Positions 1 through 14,637 of a stretch of 64,000 bases of DNA are shown here, piece by piece (the first letter of the stretch is position 1; every line of letters begins with the position of its first letter). Position numbers and translations under genes: made by a program. The notes beneath the pieces are model-generated. The model searched no databases. It was not told where the DNA came from and saw only the letters and a list, made by a program, of their open reading frames with translations. The stretch is taken from NCBI GenBank assembly GCA_951406725.2, contig OX597822.1:20150001-20214000 (forward strand), in the 5' to 3' direction. This DNA comes from Octopus vulgaris (taxonomy: Eukaryota).

Positions 1-1154
1 TGTTTAGCCCCAGGTCAACAACGACCGAATGGAACATTGATCAAAAACGTTCCGGCTAGTTAGTAGTATATAGGGTTACATTATTCAATATGTTCTTTTT
101 TTTCCAACACCATAGGGTATTATTGAGGGACATTTTACTGCTGTTTCTTGTAGATAAGGGCAAGCGTAGTCGCTCTCATGTTGACTCTTTTATGAATGTA
201 ATGAAATATGGTAGATGGCGAAAGCGGTAGTATGGTGAGCCTTATGGTCTCTAGTTTCGTTCTTTTGCATTCTGATTTCAATTCTTGGTGAAGCTGAGTG
301 ACTTTTTCCCCACTTGCCAAACCCGACGAGAGAAAAATTTTCATTTCTAATCACAATTACAGGTTTTCGGTGGATCAGTCCTTTTGGTTTATATACAGCA
401 GATGCATTAATAAAACTACAATTTGATATGTAATGCAGTACTAGAAACATAGGAATGGCTGGCTGGTTTAGAATTTCACAATTACGAAATCCTGATTTCG
501 ATTCAACAGTGTGGGAACTTAGGTAAATACCTGTATTACCGCCTTAACAGAAGCCTTATAAGAGAATTTCTATGTACGAAAACTATAGAATGCATACGGC
601 GGTTTGAACCATGCCCATTCTACCAGCGAATAACAATAAGGGTATACGTGTCTGTGGAATACTCAGCCGGTTTGCACATTAAATCAATGTTCTGGTTGTC
701 TAATTGATCAAATAACTGGTGCATCACATTTAGAAATCGAAAGGAGAGTCCATCACCTTCCAGAAAAGGGAATGGGTGGAAGAAATTCATGGGAGAGTCC
801 ATCATTATTAGAAATACAGAGGTGAGTGACTAGAAACTTGGAGAACTGTTAAATACTTTGTTGTATTATATTATATCCATTCGTACTTGAGTTCAAATCC
901 TAATGAAGCTGAATATTACCCTTTTATACTTCTTGGGTGAATAAAATCAGCATAAGTAAAATATTGTGGATTTTTATCATGTACTCTTCCTGTTATCATC
1001 CATACAAAATAGGAAAGGTATTCGCTATGCAAGAGTTCCACAAATGCAAGTTTTTCGAATCACAACGAGTTTACGCTACGGAAAACTACAGGTGCGATTT
1101 TAAAAAAATGCTCGGAGAAGATGACGGACGAAAATGTCTTTGAGTTTATAAATA

Positions 1155-1330
<176 letters not shown>

Positions 1331-1344
1331 AAATGTACGTACGC

Positions 1345-1858
1345 CGCTATATGTATATATGAAAAAAATACAAAAAATGGAACAAGAACTCAACAGGCGA
1401 CAACAAAGCATCCAGACAGTTAGACGATACAAAATGAGACAGGAAAAAACAAGGACGGGTCGTTCGGAGTTTTCTGTCCTCAGTCGAGTTCCAGATTTTC
1501 TCAGCAGTTTCGGCTGGTTATACTCGAAACTGCTCCAATCTGGCCAGCCACAAGAAAATATCTAAGCTAAGAGTACTAGATTCCTTGGAAGAAAGCAAGC
1601 GAATGTATGCGTAAACAAGGACGAAAAATACGAAGAAATGGTACAGAAATACAAATGCAAGCAACAAGACATTAACAATAGGTGTCTTTCGACTAAGGAT
1701 GAATTAAATTAAGCTGGCGTGTGTGTGAGTGAAGCCTTACGGCAGGGACATAGGAAATGACAGCCAAGGGAAGGAATATAGATGTTGCACGGATGGTAGT
1801 CGAAAGAAGAAAGAAAGGTCAGACTTGGCGAAACACAGGTCACGTGGAAGGAGAGGAT
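1345..1858. mobile_element. Short non-coding interspersed element between microsatellites, with a decayed hammerhead-like motif
   Basis: ~500-bp complex block bounded by (GA)n and (TA)n; minus strand reads CTGAGGA...CCGAAC near 1470-1483. Confidence 0.4.
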
Positions 1859-1887
1859 ATATATACATACATACATATATATATATA

Positions 1888-1919
<32 letters not shown>

Positions 1920-1932
1920 CATATATATATGT

Positions 1933-2011
<79 letters not shown>

Positions 2012-2014
<3 letters not shown>

Positions 2015-2352
2015 GAGGCGCAATGGCCTAGTGGTTTGGGCAGTGGACACGCGGTCGTAAGGTCGAGGTTTCGATTTCCAGACCGGGCGTTGTGAGTGTT
2101 TATTGAGCGAAAACACCCGAAACTCCACGAGGATCCAGTAGGGTGTGGTGGCGAAAACTGCTGTGCACTTCACCACAACTTTCTATCTTCTTGTTTCTGT
2201 TGTACACGTATTTGAAAGGACCAGACTTGTCACACTCTGTGTCACGCTGAATCTCCCCGATAAGGGTACACGTAACTGCCGATTGCAAGTTAATTTCACG
2301 AGCAGGCTGTTCCGTTGATCGGAACAACAGGAACCCACGTTTTCGTAACCAA
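2012..2352 (+). mobile_element. tRNA-derived SINE (family D)
   Basis: Head with A box TGGCCTAGTGG and B box GTTTCGATTTC right after (TA)n; body (gataagggtacacgt...ttaatttcacgagcaggctgttccgttgatcgg) matches a decayed copy at ~635-730. Confidence 0.75.
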
Positions 2353-2366
2353 AATATATATATCTG

Positions 2367-2722
2367 TGAGGTTCCAGGTTCACTCCCACAGCGTGGTACC
2401 TTGTACAAGTGTCATCTAGAGCCTCGGATCGATCAAAGACTTGTGAGTGGTTTTGGTCGATGGAAACTGTAAAAAAACCGTCGTATATATATGTGTGTGT
2501 GAGAGAGTGAGTCTGTGAATGTTTATGCGTGTGAGTGTTTGTGTGTGCATGAGAGAGAGAGAGAGTGAGTGTGTACGTGTGTAGTTGTCTCTCCCCCCCA
2601 TCACTGCTTGACAACCGGTGCTGAACTGTTTATGTCCACGTAACCTATCGATTCGATCGACTAACATTCTGTAAGGTGATATGTCAGCATAGCTGCAGTC
2701 TAAGAATTGAAGCCAGTAAAAG
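2367..2722 (+). mobile_element. tRNA-derived SINE family A, 5'-truncated copy
   Basis: Aligns by eye with the full copy at 62826-63236 (ccttg..caagtgtc, ttgtgagtgg.tttggt.ga.ggaaactg, internal TA/TG tract, acaaccg.tgctg). Confidence 0.8.
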
Positions 2723-3094
2723 AAATGATTTCTATATGCATATATATATGAATATACATGTAATCAGATATATATGCATATAAATATGTATATATTCATA
2801 TACATATAAAAATACCTAGCTACTTAGCTCCCCCCCTCTCTCTCTCTATGTATGTATGTATGAATCTCTCTCTCTCTCTATCTATCTATCTAATAATAAT
2901 AATAGCAATTGGGAAAAGTGCAATCCGACCGATCACCTCATCAGCACTTCTTGTAGTAATCTCGCTAGTGTAGTATTCCAGTAACTAACAGAAGGTACGT
3001 TACACATTAATGAATTATAAAAAGGAGCACTTCGCGAATCTAAAGTGTGATCTGACTATGATTGATAAGTAAGCATATTATAATCTTCACATTA

Positions 3095-3527
3095 CGAAGG
3101 TCATCTGAAAAGTTCATAGCCTGACCAAGATATTCACATGGAATGTGACCAAATGAGGTTTAATTTTCAACATAGTCTTTTCCATTTGTGTTGCAGTGTT
3201 TGGGTCCCAGTGGTGTAGAGGTTCTCAACCTGTTACTCAAAAAGTCATCAATAGCAGATATGTCATCATCATCACTTCGAAACTGGTCTTCAGCCAAGTG
3301 TTTTTTTTTTTTCCTGTTGGGGTGAGATGATAGTCAGATAGGCTGAAATCAGGAGAGTCGGGATGGTTATCAACCAGTTCAAAGCCACAGTCACACAAGG
3401 CAGCCGTTGAAACTGAGGACCAGTGTGCTGGAACATTGCCTTCACGAAACTAATTAGCTTTCGTCAGTTTTCCAGGGAGGATCGGTCTTGATAGCCTTTC
3501 GTAACTGCCTCAGAAAGTTGGCATAGA
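3095..3527 (-). mobile_element. mariner transposase 3' relic with one terminus
   Basis: Minus strand translates with frameshifts to YANFLRQLRKAIKT...NVPAH...CGFELVDNHPDSPDFSLSDYHL...FRSDDD...KDYVEN, matching mariner HQDNAPAH/HPPYSPDLAPSDYHLF/GDYVE motifs; TA+cgaaggtcatctgaaaagttc terminus. Confidence 0.85.
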
Positions 3528-4031
3528 AAGAGGAACGTTTATTCCATACTATATATAAAGTTATGCAATACAGAAAATATGTAATAACATTATGGTTTAT
3601 TCACTTCCTCAAACATCCTGATTTAAAACACAATCAATCTAAAAAATAATTCTGCGATGCAGGATAAATTTATACCGTTCCCTGGGCGTGTCAACCGCAT
3701 GCAAATAGACAAATTTAAATGATCCTTCATCAACAAACCTCCAAGCATTCTATATATTAGATTAGATAGAAGTCGATTTATCAGAATAAAAGTAAAATCA
3801 GTTTAGTTGATTTTATAGTTCAAAACATATTCCACCCGTCGGCTGACATTTTATACTTTATTATGACCAGCCTGGGGCATTGGACAATTAGTGGCTGATT
3901 CAAACAGGAGCAGTTTTGATAAATGGAATACGGAAACAAATAAAAATAAGAACGTTGTACATTAACTACCGATGCTCTAAACTGTCTTTACTCCATACCC
4001 CTCTGATTTGTATTTATACATAGGTACACAC

Positions 4032-4095
<64 letters not shown>

Positions 4096-4854
4096 ACATA
4101 TACATAAGCAGGTACGTACATATACATACGAATACATACATGTGTGTGCATATGTATATGTATGTGAGTACATGTGTACTTGGAGTACTTAAATGCTAAC
4201 CCTGCCTCCGTGAGAAACTGTGTTTTCTCCACAATCCCGCACTATCCTTCAGTAGCAAAACCAAACTGTCCTATTTTTTTTTACCTGAGGTACGACCTGT
4301 ACATGCACTTAATCTTAGTCGCGGAAAACTTGGACATACCACGTTGGACACGCACGCACGCACGCACACGCACACACACACACACACGCAGACATACACA
4401 TACACATACGCATACACATACGCATACACATACAAACAACATACATACATCAATTAGCTGGAATAGAAATGTTCCCGGTAAGCGTCTCATTAATTATGAT
4501 CAAACTGCTAAGACAGTAGAAGAAGGTAGATATTTAAAAAGTCATTATTTGCTTTTTATGCACAGCGCAGCGAGATCTGAAACGAGAATTTAATATATAT
4601 TCTGAATACATACCGGCAAATTCAAACGTAAATATGCTTGTCGTTGTTGTGTACGTCACAGAAGAAAACATATCTTTCAGTTTACTTTTCCTCCGTTATC
4701 TCTATTATACCACAAATGAATTGTGAAGCATACAACACTTCATCAAATATTTCTTTCATTCTCTCTATCTGTTTGCCTGTATGTTCAACCGAGTATTTGC
4801 CTTTCTGCCAATCTCTCTGTCTTTCACTCTGCCTGCCTGCCTTCCTCTGTCTGT

Positions 4855-5070
<216 letters not shown>

Positions 5071-5259
5071 TTCCAACTTTTTTCTGAACTCTTGCCAACA
5101 AGCATCAATGTAGTTAAAAATTTAACATTTAAGAAAATTACATTGGCTTCCATTTAATTAACATTTTAATACGATAGAATAAATTCCAGCAAGATTTCTC
5201 TCCCTTGCATAGAAACTAAAGAATTAACAAAAAATAAGTACATAAATGCATGCATGTAT

Positions 5260-5465
5260 ACACACACATACATACATACATACATACATACATACATACA
5301 TACATACATACATTCATACATACATACATACATACATACATACATACATACATACATACATACATACATACATACATACATACATACATACATACAAACA
5401 TATATATATATATATATATATATATGCCTCTACGTACGTATGTATGTATGTATGTATGTATGTAT
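5260..5465. repeat. (CATA)n-(TA)n-(TATG)n compound microsatellite
   Basis: Direct reading. Confidence 0.95.
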
Positions 5466-6759
5466 CTACGTATAAGTTTATACACCTGTGTGTGAAATAT
5501 ATCTGCCAGAAATATCTAATGGATCATTCGGCTATGATATTGGTAATAAACTTGGCGTAAACTTTATATGGTCTCTCGACCTACATTACTGAGTAACCAA
5601 ATCTTCCTCAAATTAGGCCCCATATATATGCTATTTGTTTCAGAGACCTTATATAGTTCAGACCATTATTCACTCTATATGAATACAGTCAAATCTGGAA
5701 ACCTTCGTCCCTGGTGGTAGTGGTTGACTTCGGCTGAAATTAATTATAAAGATATCTCTTGTACTTTGATTTATCGTGAAACGTGAAAACATCTAACGTT
5801 TCGGACTCGTGTCCTTTTTCGGAGGAAGGTAATGTATGGAGGCGTAATTACTGAGGCCGTAAAATGATAAATGAGAAAATGAATGAACTAAAACAGTAAT
5901 ATGTCGTAACTTTTATTCGATTCAGTTTGTTTTTAATTCACTTAATTTATTAATGGGTAAATTTTAAGTGAACCTCAAGCGTAACCATTTTCTAAGACCA
6001 AGAATCCTGGCAAATGAGCAACAAATCTATAAAATTGCTTGGCAAACAACCAGAGAATGTGTTATACAACAATGAAATTGTTTGGAAGAGCATAGGTAAA
6101 AAACAAACACACAAAAAATCAATCACATAGTTTGAAAATAACGAGGATGATGTATATGGTTTAAAAAAGAATTGCAGTCATCCGTTGTTGCTGTTGCTGT
6201 TTTATGCCTGTATAATAGAGTTCCAGACATCTTGTGAAGAATGTGCACTTGTATTTCTTTATGGTTTTCATCAAAAGAAAAACATCTGTCAATTTCCATT
6301 GGTTTTCAATAAACGAACAACAGGAAGCGATGCCTTTTGGAGAAAGCCTGATAATAGTAAATGTCTGCCTAGGTTGCTCGTTGCCATAAACAATGATTTT
6401 TTACTGCTGTGAACATGGTTTATTAACGGAAATTATACCACATCAAACAAAAAGGCCTTGTACATATCATCGAGGGCGCGTCTGTAGGGTCACTTGACAT
6501 GCTAGAAATAACAGTCAATCTGCCTCGAATCCTACTACTCTGACTTAACAAAACAAAGATATGTATATTGCATTCCTTGATATACCACGTACGAAAGCAA
6601 AGATAGGACAGGATAGTCACCAATAGCACGTATTTGGTAATAAGTTTGCTTAATCACATCTACCAAAGAAGTGAATAATAAACATCATCAAAAACAACGA
6701 CGACGACGACAACAACAACAACAACAACAACAACAATAATAATAATAATAATAATAATA

Positions 6760-7090
6760 ATCCTTTCTACTATAGGCAGAAGGTCTGAAATTTTGGAGTG
6801 GGGAAGTCGATTACATCGACCGCAGGGCTTGACTGTTAATTATCGATTCTGAAAGAATTAAAGTCAAAATCGACCTCGTCAGGGTTTGGACTCAAAGTAA
6901 TAAATGTTTATAAGATAGGTAAAGGCCTGAGCTTCACGTGGAAGGGTTTAGTTGACTATATTGAGCCCAATTTATTTTACCGATCTTGGATGTATGAAAA
7001 ATAAAGTTGATAGTGACGAGATTTGAACACAGAACGTAAAGAGTCGGAACAAATACCACAAAGTATTTTATCAAACGCTTCTAACAACCC
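6760..7090 (-). mobile_element. Two tandem decayed copies of SINE family B
   Basis: Reverse complement of family B body (gtcgattacatcgacc, aaagtcaaaatcgacctcg, atttgaacacagaacgtaaa) next to (TAA)n. Confidence 0.65.
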
Positions 7091-8899
7091 ACCACTTGGT
7101 ATTGTAGAACTACTGTTGATCACTCAAAATAAAAACGATGAATTCTCTTTTGGGTTGTTGATAGGTCATTGTATTTAGTCAAGTTGATTCGTATTATTAT
7201 GAAGATGAGGTATCTCCAGTGTCTCCGAAACTAGTTGCGGAGAGGGAGAAGATATCAGACTAGAAAGTAGGCCGTAACGCTTGCAACGTAATATTAATCC
7301 ACCAAAGGTACCCAGGGAGCAAATGACAATGAGTCGAGTAACGAATTAAGCCTACTGTGAACGAGTAGAAAATTCCATCCACTCGCTTCCTTACAATTTC
7401 TGTTTATCCAATTCAACACACAAAATTTTTGTTGCCCCGGGGCTTAATATAACCCTTGCTCAACGTTCTGTGCAGTGGTATCGAACTCGAAATCCTGAAC
7501 TCTCAAGCACACTTCTTAGGCATGTAACTACGTCTTATTTCTTCAGATTTTGTGATAGATATACTCGATACTGTCCCTGAAAGTTGTAAAGTGTTAAGAG
7601 CACGCAGTATCAAACCTAGATTCATGTTTTAATACCAAAGTTTGCTTATAGTGTTCTAGTTTAGAAGTGATCATAAACAGACCCTGTACTTTCAAATATT
7701 AACTTGAAATTTAATTACGATGCGGTTTGTTATTTGGACATTGAGTAAGACCATGCTGTAGTTTATGGTTGATGTTCTCTGCTCATAGACTTTACAGAAT
7801 TTACATTAGCATCGCTTTACTGCATTCTGATTTTTATATCCATAATATGTTAAAAAACTTTTGAAAGGGATTTAATGAAAAAAATATATCCACGAACGTA
7901 TGTAACTTATGCATAATTAATGTTTTGTTCTAAAATTGTATTGGAGCATGCGGATTAGGAATACAGTCGAATAAAATTTTGTTTCCCTCTCGAGGTACAA
8001 GTGTTAAAAATGATTAAAAAATGCAGAATTTGAAAATAGCAACTCATTGTACATTCAGCCTTGTGGAGATATTGATACAGTGACGTTTTACAAATGCAAT
8101 TGCAATATATAAGAAACATTTAGCATGCAACATGTCGCATACAAATACGCAGTATACAGCAAGCAAATGAAATTATTATCATAATTGTAGAAGCAATATC
8201 AACAAAAAGAAAAACAACTAGAACATCAACAATAACAACGGCGACAACATAAACACATCATTTGCAAAGACTCCAAGTGATGCGGAATAATATGTAATAT
8301 ATAACAGACAACTTAAAACAGGCAACGGCAATTGTGAAATCAATTATATCGATGAAATCCTTCATGGCGGACTGGGTAACGACAATGGCTGCATAAATAA
8401 TAACGACAATGGCTGCATAAATAATGGCAACAATAACTGCAATGTCAAGCTAACTGGGTTTTAGATATGGCTGATTCGCTTTGCAAATACGTGTTATCGG
8501 TTTCGATATCCTACTACGTAACATGTAGGGGCAATTTCCTTCTAATATAGCATCGGTTCACCACTATTTTGCGAATGAGTGGAATGTGGTTCAGCCGATT
8601 ACCCCTAACCACTAAGCTAAGCATCTTCACGCGTTCAACTAAATTCTTGCTTCGTCCTGGGGATGGATGTAGAGAAAAGGATTGCAACTAACTTTCATAT
8701 ACATAGTGAATTCTTGGACAACGCATGAATAATAATCATTACATATTTTTCTTTATTGTAGTAAATTTGACTTACAACTGTTTCCAGTAGTCATATACTC
8801 TTTATTGATAGGTTTACTCAATCGGCCTATTAATCGGTTTTGTCAAATAACTTATGAAGTATTTTGCCCGGACTAATAAATCCTCATTAATAACTGTTT

Positions 8900-9045
8900 G
8901 AGGGGCTGTTGAACAGTTTGTAGCTTTAAGGGTATCGCGAAAGGCCTGACAGGAGGCCCAACCTTCTGTGCTTTTAGGAAAACTGAGGGACCGCTGCAAT
9001 GAGAGAGTAAATCTGAGAGGGGAATATGTTGAATAAAATTATAAG
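8900..9045 (+). mobile_element. mariner-derived MITE fragment
   Basis: gaggggctgttgaacagttt terminus-like start and aatctgagaggggaatatgttgaataa (NLRGEYVE*, mariner C-terminus); related to 15942-16137. Confidence 0.6.
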
Positions 9046-9228
9046 TAATATATAATCTACCACATGTATGTTCTTTTACTCAAAGCCAGGAGCTTTACAG
9101 AACACCCGCGTACATCCCCACCCCACATACATGCATATATATGTGTATATGTATACACACACACACGCACACATGCACACACAGACACACAGACACACAC
9201 ACACACACATATATATATACATACATGT

Positions 9229-9390
9229 GGCGCAGAAATGGCTGTGTGGTAAGAAGCTTGCTTCCCAACCAGATGATTCCGGCTACAGTTCCACTGCGTG
9301 GTATCTTGGGCAGGTGTCTTCTGCTATAGCATCGGGCTGTCCAAAAACTTGTGAGTGGATTTGGTAGGCAGAAACTGAAAGAAACCTGTC

Positions 9391-9393
<3 letters not shown>
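9229..9393 (+). mobile_element. SINE family A, 5' half ending in its internal (TA)n
   Basis: ggcgcagaaatggctgtgtggtaag...tcttgggcaggtgtcttctgctatagc...gaaactgaaagaa, as in 62826 copy. Confidence 0.85.
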
Positions 9394-9430
<37 letters not shown>

Positions 9431-9639
9431 GTCTTATTAATTGTATGTATATGGTTACGTTACAATTAATCATATCTTTATATGGTCGACTTAATAATTA
9501 TAGATCTATGAAGGTGTTACTTATTCATTTATTTCTGTTCTTGTCATTAATTATATCAGTGTGGCTGTCTTATCATTAAAAATGCACAAAGCACCTGATA
9601 CTGCGCAAAGGTTAATTGCTAAGAATGTTAGAACTGCTT

Positions 9640-9980
9640 AGCCGTTGAAGGAGGAACAGGAAAATCAGAGTGCCCAGAACCTTTCTCCTCAGCAACTGAA
9701 ACTGAAAGCCTAGCTGGTTTTAAGAGGAAACCAAAGCTGAATTTGCCATTAACAGCAGATCGTAGATGGCACCAAGTGAAGAAAGCCAAATAACTGGAGC
9801 TTCTTGACGAGGCTCTAGTCAAAGCACTGTATATAGCCCCATTCCCCAATGAAGTTGTCTCATTCCTTAATGAAGGTTCCCAGCGAGATCAGTGCACTGA
9901 TTCCTACAGAAGACTAGTTCGGAACTCAAAGAACAGAAGCAAGTCAGCAAGGGATAGCATAGCAGTTGAGAACAGTTAAA
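9640..9980 (+). pseudogene. Possible decayed Gypsy/Gmr1-like Gag (SCAN-like) fragment
   Basis: ~110 codons in one frame with one internal stop: ETESLAGFKRK...DRRW...*LELLDEALVKALYIAPFPNEVVSFLNEG; resemblance judged by eye only. Confidence 0.3.
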
Positions 9981-10809
9981 GGTGGTTGTGGTTAACAAGA
10001 AATTGCAGATGGAATCCTTCTGTAGGCAAGGGCGAGTCCAGTTCTCGCTGCTGCTACACTCAAGGGAAGCATTCAAGTTAAAGATAAATCGCTCGTGACC
10101 CTGATATACTCACAGATGATACAGGCAGGTTCCAATCAATGTGTTAACTTCAGTTACCATCAAGAAAAGAGCTTGTCACATCTTTAAGTAGTTTCTGCAA
10201 TTTCTACTCGGGGCTACGTATGTTTCATGCTTATACTACCTACTAACAAAACAACGGCGTTTTGTGCATGAGAAAACAAACATCGGTGGCTGTATATGTA
10301 TATATTGCTTACGATCTTCGGCAAAAGGCGACATAGTTACAAGTGAATGCAAATCGCAATTGCGTAGTATCCCTATTTATCTCAAGAGAATTGTAAATTA
10401 AAATAAATCTAAGTTGCAAGGAATTAAAAATCTCAATAGATCAGCTCAATGAAATTTTATCTTTACCATATTCATCAAATGCTGGATTTCATCTCTACAA
10501 TATTCTTAAAATATTGGATACCGAAAGGTTTTTATCGGGATAAACATAACCACGTGGCCAACAACTTCGATCCAAGTTAGATCTTGCAGTGTGAGCAAGT
10601 GTCTTTTCTACTGGAGCTTTCGGTACTCCGAAGACTTGTGGGTAGAATTTCACAGACTGAAACTGTAGTAGAGTCCGTATTTCATACTCACGCGCACGAG
10701 ATTATTTGCAACGCTTACTTTATAAACCCTTCTTCCTATATTGGAGTGTATGTGTGCATATGGTGTTTCTGTGTATGTTATGTGCATGTGTGTGTGTGCG
10801 TGTGAGTGT

Positions 10810-10841
<32 letters not shown>

Positions 10842-11029
10842 ATGCGCACATGTGTGAATATGAATATTTACTGATGCGATTTCCAACTGTGTCTATTACG
10901 TCTCTGGTCTAGTATTATGTATCCTAAACCGCATTACACTGTGTATTACTTTAAGACAGTTAAGTTTTGAGACTGGTCACTAATCGTAGAACACGCATAC
11001 ACACACAACCACCACCACCGCCACCACCA

Positions 11030-11228
11030 CATAAGGATAATGAATGAAGCTCCTTCCTGAGTCATATAAATTCATAAGGCCGGTTTCCCAGTTTCTGTGA
11101 CGTATATATCCCTCTACCACCTTGGCAGGATGCCGATCTGTCGCAGGATTTCTCGTTTTTTCCAGCTGAATGAACTGGATCAACGTAAAATAAATCCCAA
11201 CACCCTAAACACTACACCATCGCTTCCT
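11030..11228 (-). mobile_element. tRNA-derived SINE (family E), internally deleted
   Basis: Minus strand: A-box-like TGGTGTAGTG head, ccagttcattcagctgg, cctgcgacaga, tail gaaactgggaaaccggcc. Confidence 0.55.
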
Positions 11229-12299
11229 ACACACATATAAATTAGGAAATCTCTTGACAGTTTTGACCCTTGAGGATACAAGCACTCAGTTGATTACCTA
11301 CTGCATGCGTATAAGGTTGGACAACAAATCAGCTTTAAAGCCACAGTCCTTCACAAATCATATTATAACAATTTTCCTCATAAATTGATTTTTATTATGG
11401 TATTCCTTTGAAGGAAGTTAGAATATTTAATAAGATAAATTTGATTTCAGACTATATGAATATCTGAAGAGACTTGCATTCTCTTATAACTCTATCTGCA
11501 CAGGAGAGTATTGGACATATGTTAATCGTTCATCTTGATCACGTGACTACTCCAAGACTAAATAAGAAAAGCTTCGGTTTCTTGTTGTCAACCAATAAAA
11601 GAAATTTCTAAACCAAACAAAGCTTGTTACGATATTTTAACATCTTTCCTCTGCACTATATTTATGTTGCTCTCTTGTTCTTCGTTCGAAGAATAACATT
11701 GAGGAACTCAAAATAATAATTTGCTAAGTTCCAGTTTTTGGTGTTTATATATATCTAGTTGAATTGTATCGTAAGATAAAAAGATAAAAGGAACCATCTC
11801 TTTCTTAATTGTGGTTTGGTTGCCCGTTCCCCGAACTAACCTTTTCAAGACTGTAAATCTTAAATGTTTTTAAATGTTAACTATACTGTTATATATATAT
11901 ATATATATAAACGTATGAAAAATTTGATTTACATTGAGCAGAGGAGTACTAGACTTGGCGTTGCTTTTTATTACTCTCGGAGTATCAAACTGATAAACAA
12001 TGGGTTAAGTTTCCATTTTCCAACATTGCGCTCCTTACAAGAACATGAGGTGGTCATTTTCTGCATTGAACTCTTTTGTAGAAGAGTCTTTCCATCGATG
12101 TCTGAACATCGTTGTATCTTGGGCAAGTGTCTTCTGCTATAGCATCGTATACCCAGGTGATATTTTGTCAACCGTTGATGTGAAACATTTGGAGGGTAAT
12201 CTCTTCAAAACTTACCAACGTTTGCTTATATTCAAAACTAGATTTAGTGTATATTTATCCTTTTGTATATCATTTTCAGCAGTGCCAAGAATTTCGTAG

Positions 12300-12730
12300 G
12301 GACATGAATGTCAACACGTGATAATTTTTCTGTTATTCAAATATTATGAAGAATAGGCAGTTTCTTCAATATTCGGACCATCCATTAGAATCCACAAACG
12401 TTGCTGTAATCTGCTCAAATTCCTTTCATTGCAAGCGTGTCAATAATTTAATTATTTTTGCAAAATAACGGCTGGGGAGAAGTTGGCATATTCCAACTAA
12501 CTGCTTAATATCTTGAATATTTTTCTATGATTGTTTTTACTCCTTGTCGGTGTTAGTTAAGAAGCGTTTTGCATGTTGAAGTCTATTTTAACAATGATTC
12601 ATTACAATTTTTTTCTTAATTTTGACAGATCAAATCTCAATAATTCAGCAACAACACTTTTCATTCTTCATTCGTTTAGTGTTGCAATAAGCTTCAGTTT
12701 GGTATCTGATTATATTGCTTTACACAACGT
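12300..12730 (-). mobile_element. Highly decayed pogo/Tigger-like (CENP-B HTH) relic
   Basis: Minus strand gives KAI*SDTKLKLIATLNE (HTH-psq-like) and FVDSNGW (cf. F.ASNGW); many stops. Confidence 0.35.
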
Positions 12731-14038
12731 GACCGCTCCAAAACAGCAAAAACGATTGAAGATTTTTGTACGCGAACAAAGCAAGGAAGTGGTTATTTAA
12801 AAGGATGTTCAAATTATAGACAGGAAATTGGGGCTTTTCTGTTTTTCTTTTGGTGTGATGGTTGCGGGGGGCAGGGCATATTTGCTTTGCTGTATATTGT
12901 AATGTGTTAATAAATACTGATTGGTGTGAATTTTCTTTTGTTCATGATTAGAAAATCTTAAAGATTTGCTTGTGTGTGTATTTTCTTGTAAGCTTGTGAA
13001 TTTAACTGCAAAACTAATTAAGGACATATTTATTTATTGAAAAATTTAGGTGTATTTAATATTGTAAAAGGTATTTCTTGGTTGAGTAGATAGTTAATAT
13101 ATTTTAGATTGATTTTATTTTGTTCCAGCTTCTTTACGGGATGGAACGTTTGGTGTGACTCATTGAATTTATCTCAAATGTATGTGTTTTTTTAAATTAT
13201 AGATTGTGTGTGTGTGTGTGTAATATATAATATTAAATAAGACATGTTGCTTCTAATGGACAAGTTGTTAGTGAACTCCAATAAAATAAAATGTCTTTAA
13301 AATAAAACAAATGATGTTGAGTGCAGAATTCCCAATAAGTCAGAAAGCAAATAATTGTAGAATTGAGTTACAAAACTATGTATTCTGATGTTATCACTAA
13401 ATTTTTTCATTCTCTATGTACACAGATTTATTGACTGTGTTGAGAGCACTGTTAAGTATTCCTTGTTTCTCTTTATTGTCGCCAACAGTTGCAGATGTTC
13501 TATAAAGCTAAAATGAGTCCCACGATGAAGTATTGCAACCGGACCTCTCAGAGAAGATACCACTTGACCCTTCAGTTGATCCTTCACTTGACCCTTCACT
13601 TGATACTTCACTTGTTCCAGCCTGTCCTGAAAGTGTGATGCCTCCTCTCTTTGTCTTTTCTGTTACTGCAATAATGGCCCTTGCTCCTAGGAGTTAGCCG
13701 GTCTCCTACATTTTTTCTTCAGGTTATCATGATTCGCCAGTAGCTCCATGTATTGTCACCCTTGTGGCGTCCAACATTCCGGCTCCGCACTAACCACTAT
13801 TCCCAGTCCTTCCTTCCCCAAAATTCTTCCGACTAGAATTCGCTCCTCCCCATGTCTTTTCTCGGCAGGTATTGACACGTAAAAGTTTAAACCGATTATT
13901 AACGGCATCAAGCTCACTGGTCTCAGAGATGCTGCAAGGCTCTTTCGATTGTGTATTAAACTGATATTTATCTTTCACCGGATCACTGGATGGAGTACAT
14001 TTTTGTTGATTCTACCTATATTGGATCTATCTCTCTCT

Positions 14039-14113
<75 letters not shown>

Positions 14114-14637
14114 TAATATAAATAACATATAAATATATGCATATATATATACATATATGTTCACACTTACATGTATATGTATATATACATGCATATATGA
14201 GTACAGGACATAAAAAACGTGGACAGAAGGAGAAACGAGAACACAAAAGACAAAAACATAGAAAACGAACTTATTTTCGAACAACGAAAATATCAGAGAA
14301 ACGAGACATACAACACAAAGAACATTTTCTTCATCAGTTGTCCCCTGTATCAATCCTGGGACGATACAACCTTTAGTCAGCGTATTAGTAAAGAGTCATT
14401 CTTTATCACAAAATACCAACACATTTTGTATGCATCCAGAACAAATGACACTGTCACCAGGGCCTTAGAATAACACCCATGCAAATATTAAAAGCGATAT
14501 ATTCAAAAGAGTCTCTACAAGAATTTATGCAGAACGATTTCAATAACTACTATCATCCACAATGAGTCACTTTCAGGTCACTTGACCATTTAAGTGGATT
14601 TCCTCAACATCTAGCTACTGTCATACCACTTCCGCAT

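Noticed and set aside
135-450. Short minus-strand ORFs as an exon
   Set aside because: No recognisable domain or convincing splice pair
2012-2085. tRNA gene
   Set aside because: A/B boxes present but no complete cloverleaf; continues into SINE body; same for family A and B heads
8378-8424. 24-bp direct duplication (also 17-bp at ~53763-53797)
   Set aside because: Ordinary slippage duplication with no associated structure
12809-13150. Third Penelope endonuclease relic
   Set aside because: Only faint resemblance; no diagnostic motif readable
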